Positions 1 to 9,308 are shown, counted from the first letter of the stretch. The stretch is 64,000 nt of DNA from an uncultured Clostridia bacterium (GCA_947598155.1 CANQFC010000005.1:81115-145114), one strand, 5' to 3'. Notes: generated by a model not told the origin, from the sequence alone. Numbers and translations: made by a program.

Positions 1-241
1 TAACTAAACATTATAGCGCATAGTTTTACTTTCTAATTAAAACAGTTTAAACACAATTATGAATATTCCGTAAATTAGAGTACAGAACGCATCTTGCTTG
101 TACTCCTGTAGTCTTTTTACGGAAGAAAGGCAAGGCAAACGTTTCTTGCAAACTCATAGATGTTGACGGTGTAGAATTGAACCGCGGTGAAATCGGTAAT
201 CTATCACAAGACAGAGTTGTGATAACAAAAAAGAAGTTGGG

Positions 242-433
242 TTTAATAAAAGAATTTTTTATTTGTTCTTGAAAAGCTTAAACTTAATATGTAAAAAAGT
301 ACATGGGGCGGTGTTTATGAAAAAGTAATATCGTCGGTTTTGGCGCTGTGTTTTACGGCGACGATATTTCCGTTTACGGTATTTTCTCAAAACATCACTC
401 CCGAAATATCGCTTGAGGAGTTTACGAAACAAA
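242..433 (+). pseudogene. degenerate duplicate of the promoter-proximal region plus first ~35 codons (signal peptide) of the S8 protease gene
   Basis: Aligns by eye to 2669..2860 with roughly 15 substitutions/indels. The RBS AAGGAG is ATGGGG here, and a 1-nt deletion gives ATG AAA AAG TAA. No protease body follows. Confidence 0.8.
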
Positions 434-497
434 AGATAAATTAACACTGACTGAAGAAACAAAGGATTTGACGAATAAATAAAATAATGTTAATATA

Positions 498-530
498 AAC
501 CTTGTTAGCTTTTTTGAACAAGGTTTTTAT
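498..530 (+). terminator. rho-independent terminator-like hairpin
   Basis: 9-bp perfect stem AACCTTGTT/AACAAGGTT with a 10-nt loop, followed by a T-run. It ends 13 nt before the response-regulator ATG. Confidence 0.55.
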
Positions 531-542
531 TTCGGTGATTTT

Positions 543-1241
543 ATGAAAATTTTAATTTGTGACGATGAAGAAAGATATTTAAATGAATTAAAAGTTCATG
601 TTGAGGAATACCTGAGAACGCACAATATAAAAGCAGAATTATTTACTACGCTTAACCCTAAAGAAATTATGGATTCCTCTTTTGCCTTTGATCTTGTATT
701 TCTTGATATTCAGATGCCTGAATTAAACGGCATTGAATTAGCCAAAGAATTGAAGAATCGCAACAATAAGGTTATATTTTTCTTTGTTACAAATTTTGAT
801 GAATATCTGGACGAAGCTATGGATCTTCGTATATTCAGATTTTTTGAAAAGCCTTTTAATGTAAAGCGTCTGTATTCAAGCCTTGACAGGGCAATGGAAT
901 ATATTGACGAATCATATGTGGATTTATTCCTCTACAACAACGGTGAGCACCAAAAAATTTTAGTTGATAATATCGTATATATTAAAAGGGAAAACAGAAA
1001 AGTGATTTTAACTACAAACAGCGGAAATGAATATACCACTAAAGAAAGTCTTGAACATTGGACAGAAAAACTGCCGAATACCTTTTTCTATTTAGTACAC
1101 AAGGGTTTCCTTATAAATCTTCATTATGTTACAAAATGCAGTTATACCGAGCTTTATATTGATAAGGTCAGAATTCCTATTGCTCCCAGAAAGCAAGCGA
1201 ATTTTCACAATTATTGGGTTGAGTATTTAAGAAGGAGATAA
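543..1241 (+). CDS. LytTR-family response regulator (AgrA-like), paralog of 46593..47297
   Basis: Receiver motifs ILICDDE and FLDIQMPELNG. C-terminal LytTR-type region LPNTFFYLVHKGFLINLHYV. There is a 1-nt gap to the kinase gene. Confidence 0.85.
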   Translation: MKILICDDEERYLNELKVHVEEYLRTHNIKAELFTTLNPKEIMDSSFAFDLVFLDIQMPELNGIELAKELKNRNNKVIFFFVTNFDEYLDEAMDLRIFRFFEKPFNVKRLYSSLDRAMEYIDESYVDLFLYNNGEHQKILVDNIVYIKRENRKVILTTNSGNEYTTKESLEHWTEKLPNTFFYLVHKGFLINLHYVTKCSYTELYIDKVRIPIAPRKQANFHNYWVEYLRRR

Positions 1242-1242
1242 T

Positions 1243-2532
1243 ATGGCATATATTACAATAATCGTATTGACATATTTTATGGAAATGCTCATATCGTATG
1301 CTTTTTTCTCCCAGATTGCAGAAAAGAAAGTTACAAATATAAAATGTATTACCGTGGGATTTTTACTGTTTGAAAGCGGAGCACTTGTTAATCTGCTACT
1401 GTCAAATATAGTTTGGTTAAATGCAATATGTTTTTTTGTTATAAATCTATTGTTTGGATTTATGTGTTACAGAATTAAATATACACGGCTGATTTTTCTC
1501 TCGGCATTGCTTGATATTTTCAGCACAGCACTTGAATTCGCTACTATTTTTTTGGTGTCTGCTATCACTGATACAGATACAAACGCATATCTTAATCAAA
1601 CCAATATGCTGATATTAGAACTCGTAATAAGCAAACTCCTCTATTTCTTAATTTGTAATATTACCGCACGGTTTGCTAAAAAAGAAAAGTCTAATATTAG
1701 GTTTCCGTTGGTCTTGTATATGTACCCGATTGTTGTTATTGCAGGACTTTTGGTTTTTTGGGATATTTGTGCGAATTCTGATATAAGCCACTCTCAAATG
1801 ATTGCTCTTGCCGTTATTAGTTCGGCTCTTTTCTTTTCAGTAGTGCTCCTTTTCATAATGTACCAGCACAATATTGAAAAAGAAAACGAGCTGTTTTTAC
1901 TGCAAAACGAGCTTGATAAAATCGAAACAGATAAAACGTATTATGATATTCTTGAAAAGCAAAATCAAGATTTAATGATTTACGCACATGATGCTAAAAA
2001 GCATTTATCTGCGATAAGCGAGTTTAATAAAAATCCTATTATTTCCGATTACATTGACGATATGTCCGAGGCTTTGAAATCTCACAGTAAAACAAGCCAT
2101 TCGGGCAACCATATATTTGATGTTATTCTAAACAAGTACGACACGGAATGCGAGCTTAAAAACATAAAGTTTTCTTATGATGTCAAGTTGTGCAATTTAG
2201 ATTTTATTGAAAACTATGACCTTGTAACAATTCTCGGCAACTTGTTAGACAATGCGGTTCGTGCAGCTGAAAACACAGAAAATGCTTTCATTTCGCTTTA
2301 CACACATTACACAAATACATACGCTGTTCTGGAAATATCAAACAAATGCAATACGCCGCCCGTTTTTTCCGATAAAGAACTGTTAACAACAAAAGAAAAC
2401 AAGCGACAACACGGCCTTGGAATAAAGAGTGTAAAAAAAGTCCTGAAAAAATACAGCGGAGACTTTGAATGGAAATATGATAATACAGATAAAGTATTCA
2501 CTGCTGTTTTAATGATTTTAAACGATAAATAA
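1243..2532 (+). CDS. AgrC-like membrane sensor histidine kinase (GHKL, HPK10-like)
   Basis: The N-terminal half is about six hydrophobic segments. H-box IYAHDAKKHLSAI, N-box LGNLLDNAVRAAE, G-box RQHGLGIKSVKKVLKKYSG. Full-length paralog of 47334..48614. Confidence 0.85.
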   Translation: MAYITIIVLTYFMEMLISYAFFSQIAEKKVTNIKCITVGFLLFESGALVNLLLSNIVWLNAICFFVINLLFGFMCYRIKYTRLIFLSALLDIFSTALEFATIFLVSAITDTDTNAYLNQTNMLILELVISKLLYFLICNITARFAKKEKSNIRFPLVLYMYPIVVIAGLLVFWDICANSDISHSQMIALAVISSALFFSVVLLFIMYQHNIEKENELFLLQNELDKIETDKTYYDILEKQNQDLMIYAHDAKKHLSAISEFNKNPIISDYIDDMSEALKSHSKTSHSGNHIFDVILNKYDTECELKNIKFSYDVKLCNLDFIENYDLVTILGNLLDNAVRAAENTENAFISLYTHYTNTYAVLEISNKCNTPPVFSDKELLTTKENKRQHGLGIKSVKKVLKKYSGDFEWKYDNTDKVFTAVLMILNDK

Positions 2533-2553
2533 TTTTTATAAATGCAATCTTCA

Positions 2554-2587
2554 AAAAGCGATTTGGCATTTGTCAAGTCGCTTTTTT
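2554..2587 (+). terminator. rho-independent terminator after the kinase gene
   Basis: Stem AAAAGCGATTT/AAGTCGCTTTT with a ~10-nt loop, followed by a T-run. Confidence 0.6.
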
Positions 2588-2622
2588 CTTGCAATTTGAC
2601 ACGATTTCCTTGCAATTTGTCA
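2588..2622 (+). promoter_or_regulatory. pair of direct repeats with LytTR-site geometry upstream of the protease gene
   Basis: CTTGCAATTTGACA at 2588..2601 and CTTGCAATTTGTCA at 2609..2622, exactly 21 bp start-to-start. A weak promoter-like TTGGAT-17 nt-TATTTT follows at 2629..2657. Confidence 0.5.
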
Positions 2623-2743
2623 TTTCAACTTGGATTTTTATCATTTTAAGGGTATTTTAAAGTTAGATTTAATAAAAGAATTTTTGATTTGTTATTAGAA
2701 AAGTTTTAACTTAATATGTAAAAAAGTACAAGGAGTGGTGTTT

Positions 2744-5700
2744 ATGAAAAAAATAATATCGGTGGTTTTAGCGCTGTGTTTGATGGCGACGATATTTCCG
2801 TTTACGGTATTTTCTCAAAACATCACTCCCGAAATATCGCTTGAGGAGTTTACAAAACAACTAAATCGGCTTCAGGAGGAATATGACGGAAATTTTGTTT
2901 CGGAAATCATTATTGAAGACGATAAGGAGTTTTGCCATATTGACGGTGAGGAATATCCCGTTGCCGATGATTTGGAAACAACAGCCGAAGTTACCGAAAA
3001 CGATATTGAAATTCCGTATTCCTTAATAGAACAGTATGTTGAAATTCCCGAAATTTCAACATATTCGCAAGCGCAAAACGACAATGGCGCAACTGTTGAC
3101 AAAGAAGCCGCCGAAGCTCTCGGTTTTGAGGTAGATATTGACGAGGATAAAGCTGTGCTTACACAGCCTTATCAGACCAAAAGGCTGATAGTAAAATCCA
3201 AGTATAATATAGACCGTCTTGACAGCGTAGCCGTAGTTGAGGGTTACGATGATTTGCATATAGTGCAGTTTGACAGCCGTGAAAGCGCAAAGCAGGCGGA
3301 AGAATACTACAACAGTCAAATGCTTGTTGAATTTGCCGAGCCCGATTTGGTTATGTCAACAATGGAATATGAGGACAGCGAAACGGAAAGCGCACCTACA
3401 TACGGCATAAACGACTATGGCTATCATCTGTCTTGGGGCAGTGAATATACAGGTATTGACGATTATATTGACTATATCGGCGACAGAAATAATCTGCCTG
3501 AAATAGTAGTTGGAGTAATTGATACAGGAATTGATGTTGACCATGAGTTTCTCAAAGACAGAATTATCCGCACTAATTATAATATAAGCTCGTCAGGTGA
3601 AGAAAATGATGAAAATGACGATAAAGGTCACGGTACACATGTCGCAGGCATTATTGCCGATAACACTTTAGACAATGTTAAAATTAAAGGCTACAAGGCT
3701 TTAAACAGTGCAGGAAACGGTACGCTTTCCGATGTCATAATAGCTTTTGATTATGCAGTTGCAGACGGTGTAAAGATAATCAATATGAGCCTTAGTACTG
3801 AGGGTACAAGTAAAACATTTGAAAAATCTATTAACGAAGCTACCAAAGACGGGGTGATAGTATGTGTTTCCGCCGGAAACAGCGGTCACTATGCTTCCCG
3901 AAACTGTCCGGCAAACATTGAAAGCTGTCTAACAGTAGGCGCTTATGAAGCCGGGCCTACTTTAAATACGTTTATGATTCCAATTTGGAGTTGTGACGGT
4001 CCATTGGTTGATGTAGTAGCGCCTGGTGTATCCATTTACAGCACATATCTTGATAACGGATATGAAACATTAAGCGGAACATCAATGGCTTCTCCTTTTG
4101 TCGCTGCGTCTGCCGCGCTCCTTTTATCTAAGAATATTAGTTTAAACGCTGACGGAGTATGCGATTTGTTACAGGAGAACGGAAAGCCCTTTGTTTGGCA
4201 TCCCGGAATCACTTATTATAAATTATACCTTGCTACAATAATCGAATACAATCAGTACCGGACAGATGAGCCCGTGTTCAGTATGGAAAGCGGCAGGTAT
4301 TCCGACAGCGTAACGGTGGAACTTTCCTGCCCCGAAGAAAATGCCGAGATATATTATACCCTCGACGGTTCAAGAGCCTCAAGGGCGAACGGAATTCTTT
4401 ACACAGAGCCTATTGTAATTGACAAGGTAACTAAGGTTCACGCCGCCGCCTACGCCGGAGACAAGCTGAAAAGTCTTCAGGCAATAGCCGATTACTATAT
4501 AACCGTGACAGACTCGGATGGAAATTTTGAAATAGATACGGACGGGTTGATTACTAAATATAACGGGACAAATCAGTATTTGACGATTCCCGATACAATT
4601 AACGGTATTACGGTAACGGGAATCGGAAAAGGCGCCTTTAACGGTAAAGGTATGATTATGATGAAATTCCCCGACACATTAACATACATAGCCGCATGGG
4701 GCCTTCAAGGGCAGTCATCATTAAAGTCAGTTTACTGCAACAATTTGAAAGTAGTCGGCGAAAGAGGATTCTATGGTTGCCGCGCGCTTGATACTATAGA
4801 TTTAACACAGCTTGAAGAAGTAGGCGTATACAGCTTTGGACAGTGTACTTCTATTCAAGAACTCTATAACGATAAATTGACAAGGTTAGAAAAGGGCTCG
4901 TTCTATCGTATAACAAACGCTGTAAGTGTTGATTTACCGAATGTTACATCTATTGATAATCTTGGATTAACAAGTTTAAACAATGTAGAACATATTAATT
5001 TACCAAAACTTGAGGCAATGGGAAACGGTGTTTTTGACGGTGCTTTCCTTTTAGAGACAATAGATCTTCCAAGCTTAACAACTTTAACCGGCAATCATTG
5101 CTTTGGAGCAACATCTAACCTAAAAGAACTAAATGTACCTAAATTAAGCGGAACAATTCATCAGAGTACTTTTTCAGGTTCTGCGCTTGAATATATTGAT
5201 TTTCCGAATGTTACGGCTTTAGAAAGTGGCGCTTTTTCCGGTTGCAATGCTAAAGTTATAAGATTACCAAGTGTTACAACGATTGAAGAGCAGGCTTTTT
5301 ACAATTGTATTAAATTAGAAGAATTATACATTCCATTAGCAACAAATATACCTGAAAGATCTCTTTTTAATGCGAAATCACTTAGAGTTTTGTTTGCTCC
5401 AAATGTAACAAACGCAGTATCAATGCCCGAGTGCGACGGTACAACAATATATCTGTCCAATGCTTGTACCAATCTGCCTGCTATACAAAGATATTCCTAT
5501 AACATCGTAGCGCCGTCGGGCTCATATGCAGAGCAATGGGCAAGTGAAAACGGGCATAATTTCATACCGAGCGACAGCAGAAATGAAAGCATAAAAAATC
5601 CCTCTAATGTAGCGGATTTGGGCAGGTCGATTTGCGTCTCTGCCGCAGGACTTCGTTTCGGCTTTAACTGGGATAATCTTGAGGAAATCGAAAGTCTTGC

Positions 5701-6037
5701 GGACAATATCGAATACGGCTTCGTTTACAGCATTAACGGTACGGAAGATTTAAGCGTTGACAAGACAGACAACATAAATGTAAGAAAAACGGAAGCAATA
5801 AACCGTGTCGACCACGGCAGTATAACCTCGTTTAATCTTGTTTTTGCAAATGTTCCGAAAGAATTTTGGGACAGCAAGCTTACCGCAAGGGCTTATGTAA
5901 ATATTGACGGAATGTATTTCTATTCCAATGTATCAACAGGAAGCTTTACCGAGGTAGCAAACCTTGTTTTGGCTGACGATACGGTTGACGAGACTACAAA
6001 ACAAGCCATAAGAAAATTGTTAGGCGGAGAGGTGTAA
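2744..6037 (+). CDS. secreted S8 (subtilisin-family) serine peptidase with C-terminal leucine-rich-repeat (BspA-like) region
   Basis: Signal peptide MKKIISVVLALCLMATIFPFTVFS. Catalytic triad motifs VGVIDTGID, HGTHVAGII, SGTSMASPFVA. Propeptide-like region upstream of the triad, and repeated LRR-like segments from about residue 600. Start moved to the ATG preceded by AAGGAG. Confidence 0.9.
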   Translation: MKKIISVVLALCLMATIFPFTVFSQNITPEISLEEFTKQLNRLQEEYDGNFVSEIIIEDDKEFCHIDGEEYPVADDLETTAEVTENDIEIPYSLIEQYVEIPEISTYSQAQNDNGATVDKEAAEALGFEVDIDEDKAVLTQPYQTKRLIVKSKYNIDRLDSVAVVEGYDDLHIVQFDSRESAKQAEEYYNSQMLVEFAEPDLVMSTMEYEDSETESAPTYGINDYGYHLSWGSEYTGIDDYIDYIGDRNNLPEIVVGVIDTGIDVDHEFLKDRIIRTNYNISSSGEENDENDDKGHGTHVAGIIADNTLDNVKIKGYKALNSAGNGTLSDVIIAFDYAVADGVKIINMSLSTEGTSKTFEKSINEATKDGVIVCVSAGNSGHYASRNCPANIESCLTVGAYEAGPTLNTFMIPIWSCDGPLVDVVAPGVSIYSTYLDNGYETLSGTSMASPFVAASAALLLSKNISLNADGVCDLLQENGKPFVWHPGITYYKLYLATIIEYNQYRTDEPVFSMESGRYSDSVTVELSCPEENAEIYYTLDGSRASRANGILYTEPIVIDKVTKVHAAAYAGDKLKSLQAIADYYITVTDSDGNFEIDTDGLITKYNGTNQYLTIPDTINGITVTGIGKGAFNGKGMIMMKFPDTLTYIAAWGLQGQSSLKSVYCNNLKVVGERGFYGCRALDTIDLTQLEEVGVYSFGQCTSIQELYNDKLTRLEKGSFYRITNAVSVDLPNVTSIDNLGLTSLNNVEHINLPKLEAMGNGVFDGAFLLETIDLPSLTTLTGNHCFGATSNLKELNVPKLSGTIHQSTFSGSALEYIDFPNVTALESGAFSGCNAKVIRLPSVTTIEEQAFYNCIKLEELYIPLATNIPERSLFNAKSLRVLFAPNVTNAVSMPECDGTTIYLSNACTNLPAIQRYSYNIVAPSGSYAEQWASENGHNFIPSDSRNESIKNPSNVADLGRSICVSAAGLRFGFNWDNLEEIESLADNIEYGFVYSINGTEDLSVDKTDNINVRKTEAINRVDHGSITSFNLVFANVPKEFWDSKLTARAYVNIDGMYFYSNVSTGSFTEVANLVLADDTVDETTKQAIRKLLGGEV

Positions 6038-6041
6038 AGAG

Positions 6042-6173
6042 ATGAAAAAGGAATATATTAAGCCCGATTTTGAAATTTTAATCTTTGAAACAGACGATAT
6101 TATCACAATAAGCGGCGAAGGCGGAGATCTCGGACCTGATGACAATGTCGTAACACCGTGGTTCATCGTATGA
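6042..6173 (+). CDS. 43-aa small ORF (MKKEYIKPDFEILIFETDDIITISGEGGDLGPDDNVVTPWFIV), candidate secreted/processed peptide
   Basis: Not in the ORF track because it is shorter than 60 aa. The ATG lies 4 nt after the protease stop, with GAGGTG 7 nt upstream. Its TGA overlaps the ATG of the next gene (ATGA). Confidence 0.5.
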   Translation: MKKEYIKPDFEILIFETDDIITISGEGGDLGPDDNVVTPWFIV

Positions 6174-6730
6174 AAAACAGGATTATTTTTGCATCTCTGA
6201 TGTTGGCTTTAGCGTCGGTTATACTTGTATCGTGTAAACAAGGCAAAAAAACGGACGGGAGCGCAACCGTTGCCGTGACCGACAGCAGCGGCGCAACTCA
6301 TTACTATGAACTTGTTACCGATAAGGGCGGAAATGCCGTTACGGAAGATAAAAATCAGGCTGTGTTTGCCGAAATTGTAACCGACAAAAGCGGCGCATAT
6401 ATAGCGAACGGGCATACAACCGTAATGCCGATTGAAAATGAAGTCAGTCAAGACCGTATATTAAACTCAACGAAAAAAAATCCGTCTTATACAGAAAAAA
6501 GCGGCGATATTGCAGAGGCCGATAATACCGTTAATTTTGAATTATCGGTATTAAGTCCCGTTACAGAAGAAAATACAACAGCGACTGCAAAACCCGACAC
6601 GACTAAGACTGCCGTGGCGAGTACAGAGCCTGACGATACCAAGACTTCCGCGGCGAGTGCGACATCTGCAATAAAGTCAACCAATCCGCCTGCCACCGAC
6701 AGCAACGGCTGGGTTACTAAGTGGTATTAA
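6170..6730 (+). CDS. putative lipoprotein with Thr/Ala/Ser-rich C-terminal half
   Basis: Signal peptide plus lipobox MKNRIIFASLMLALASVILVSC. Start placed at the ATG overlapping the upstream stop. Confidence 0.65.
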   Translation: MKNRIIFASLMLALASVILVSCKQGKKTDGSATVAVTDSSGATHYYELVTDKGGNAVTEDKNQAVFAEIVTDKSGAYIANGHTTVMPIENEVSQDRILNSTKKNPSYTEKSGDIAEADNTVNFELSVLSPVTEENTTATAKPDTTKTAVASTEPDDTKTSAASATSAIKSTNPPATDSNGWVTKWY

Positions 6731-6895
6731 CCGTGAAAAGACAGCAAACCGGCGTTCTGTTTGCCTGCAACATAAATTTATGCCGCAAAAATCCGTGCTA
6801 ACTGGAATTAAGTTTTGTAAATCGGGAAATTACATTAAATCATTGAAAATAAACAATTTTTGTGTTATAAATTATTTAAACAACTATGTAGGAGA

Positions 6896-7537
6896 ATGTT
6901 TGTGAAAGAAATCAGTTTTAAGAAACCGGTCATAATATTTATCGGCATATTTTCAGTTTTATTGCTGATTTTCTGCGCCTGCGGACAAAGCGGCGACGAG
7001 CAGATAAAAATTAACGGAGAAATTTATGAGGACGCAAACAGCGATTGGACGCCTTTCGGCGAGGCGGAAAAGAGCGGCGAATATTATCTTTACAAAAACA
7101 GTTTAGGCACGGTATTTGCCGAAGCCGGTCGTGACGGAGTTTTGGGCAGCGTTTTTTATCATAATAAAAATGATGCCTATCCCGATATTTCAATGACCGG
7201 GCAAATTGACAAAATCGTACTTGACACAGGCGATAAGCAAGAAACCTTGCGAGATGATATTAAGGATATTTTATTAAGCGAAATGCTCAACGCCGATAAC
7301 ACAAATCCCGAAACCGTTTCGGCGGAGCTTGCGGCGTCCGAGGTTTATGTTAATGTCTATTACAAGGATTATCCGGCATTTCAAAACGAAACGGCCATTT
7401 GCCGCTCACAAGACGGAAAGCTTGGATTTACCTATTGCAGCACGCAAAAAAATACTGAAAAATTTGGCGAGGGAAATATGTTCGTCTTTACCGACAAACA
7501 GTTGATTTCATATTTGGAAGAATTAAATCTTTTCTAA
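6896..7537 (+). CDS. hypothetical secreted/lipoprotein
   Basis: Hydrophobic leader ending in ...LLLIFCACGQSG. AGGAGA lies near the start. The start codon is ambiguous (ATG 6896 or GTG 6902). Confidence 0.55.
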   Translation: MFVKEISFKKPVIIFIGIFSVLLLIFCACGQSGDEQIKINGEIYEDANSDWTPFGEAEKSGEYYLYKNSLGTVFAEAGRDGVLGSVFYHNKNDAYPDISMTGQIDKIVLDTGDKQETLRDDIKDILLSEMLNADNTNPETVSAELAASEVYVNVYYKDYPAFQNETAICRSQDGKLGFTYCSTQKNTEKFGEGNMFVFTDKQLISYLEELNLF

Positions 7538-7620
7538 GGTTAAATTAAAAAGATTGTAATTAAATATTTTCCGCTTAAAATTTACTCATTACTTTCAACT
7601 CATTTTTGATTTTATAATGA

Positions 7621-7716
<96 letters not shown>

Positions 7717-7756
7717 GAACCGACGGGTAAACGCCCCGAGCAGTTCAAAAACAATT

Positions 7757-8080
7757 TTATATGGTTCTTACCTCAACTTGAACTTCTGTTATAATGTCAC
7801 GAAGCTTATCGCCGTCGATGGTATATTCTAAAATTTCATCGGCAGTTTTTGCATACACACCTTCAATATTACTGCATGGTTCATGGCTTTTTACATTTCG
7901 GTGTACTCCGTTGCTGTCAGTGTAATAACCCTCGCCGATATTTATCTTATCTTCGACATGTACAATTGAATATGCTTTACCTTTCCAAACAAATTCAACT
8001 TCACCGCCGCATTTCATACACCATTTAAAATCACTGATACTTTCAAATTTTAATGCTTCGCTGTTATTATATAGAATCAT
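7757..8080 (-). CDS. hypothetical protein (107 aa)
   Basis: ORF with GAGGTG 8 nt upstream of the internal ATG at 8080. I recognise no motif beyond a CMKCGG segment. Confidence 0.5.
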   Translation of the reverse strand: MILYNNSEALKFESISDFKWCMKCGGEVEFVWKGKAYSIVHVEDKINIGEGYYTDSNGVHRNVKSHEPCSNIEGVYAKTADEILEYTIDGDKLRDIITEVQVEVRTI

Positions 8081-8235
8081 ATTGCTTGCACCTCGCCAAT
8101 TTTTGAATTCCGGGAAATCCCCGTTCGGATAGTTAATAGGTGGTTGCAAATGAGGGAAACTATTACTCCAATCAATTTTATTTTATAATTAAAATTTTCT
8201 TTTGTCAAAATAAAACTATTTATAATTTTTAGTGA

Positions 8236-8610
8236 ACATTTAATTTACATATACACTTTACTTTCTCAGTGAAAAGTGAAAAAGTAAAAATCCGAGGTAC
8301 TTTAGTTGCTGCCATTTTAAATAATTTTGATGCTGTTGACAATTCATTAGAAACAATGACTAATAGTGCCGGTAGTGCAATGAAAGAGATGGAAATTATT
8401 GAGAATTCTCTTGAATTCAAATTGAACGCATTAGAGGAAACATCTGTTGGTATATTTCAAAATCTTTTTCATTCAGACCAAATGGGTTCTGTAATAGATT
8501 TTTTAACTAATTTACTTGAAATTCTTGATTCTATAACAGAAAAAATAGGCTTATTTGGTACTTTAGGAGCAAGTATTGGAATAGCCGCATTTATAAAGAG
8601 TATATCTTAA
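8236..8610 (+). pseudogene. internal fragment of a phage tail tape-measure protein (TP901-type core)
   Basis: Open frame with no credible start or RBS. The sequence ...NSAGSAMKEMEIIENSLEFKLNALEETSVGIFQNL...GLFGTLGASIGIAAFIK resembles the conserved tape-measure core. Confidence 0.55.
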
Positions 8611-9086
8611 CCTAATATATATGGTTGCTTAATAGCAGAGGATAGCACAGATAAGTATATAGACAAGTCTGTGAGCGTAGATACTCTATAAATAATTCTA
8701 CGAGGAGTAAATGCTGGGAAACTGGTTAAACCGATTATACTACAACATAATAGGAAACTATAAGTGTGAATGTTGCGAAAGCAGAAAAAAAATAATCGGA
8801 TGGTGCAAGGGAATAAATACGCCTAAACACCAAGTTCTGATTAAGAACAGATAGGATAACATCAGCAGGACATCGACCTAAAAGGCGAAATCCCCAGAGA
8901 CTACCCATCCTCCGAGTTATTATTTTATATAATAGCTTGTAATGTATAGTCCAAACAAAAGTGAAAACTTATCTTTCACTATAATTGTGGTACGCACTAT
9001 ATCTGTGTTGATAAGAAGATATAAATAATAATACACATAATTCTTACATATAAATATTATATATAGAATATTTTTAGGTGAAAAAA

Positions 9087-9308
9087 ATGGAATTTAATAA
9101 ATATGATTTAATCTTTACTATTAAAAAAGCTCAAAATTCTAATGATATTGTAATATTGAAAGAACTATTATTCATTTATAATCAATTGTTAAAACAAGAA
9201 ACAATAAATAACAATATAATAGAAACTTTTTATTGTTATCAAAAAATTTCACAAAACACAATAGAATTTTATAATAGAAATAAAAAAAATAGAAGATACC
9301 TTCTATAA
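9087..9308 (+). CDS. small hypothetical protein (73 aa), paralog of 9353..9556
   Basis: AGGTG lies 6 nt upstream of the ATG. Shares the pattern ELL..Y...L.QE.INN..I.EF..Y...S with the 67-aa ORF on the other strand. Confidence 0.5.
   Translation: MEFNKYDLIFTIKKAQNSNDIVILKELLFIYNQLLKQETINNNIIETFYCYQKISQNTIEFYNRNKKNRRYLL

Noticed and set aside
259-462. 67-aa minus-strand ORF rich in Arg/Lys/Tyr
   Set aside because: It lies antisense to the degenerate duplicate of the protease 5' end. It has no RBS and a low-complexity composition, so it is most likely a chance ORF.
8711-8854. 47-codon CxxC ORF (MLGNWLNRLYYNIIGNYKCECCESRKKIIGWCKGINTPKHQVLIKNR)
   Set aside because: The GGAG lies only ~3 nt from the ATG, and there is no supporting context. 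It is mentioned under the ORF-poor segment but not listed as a feature.
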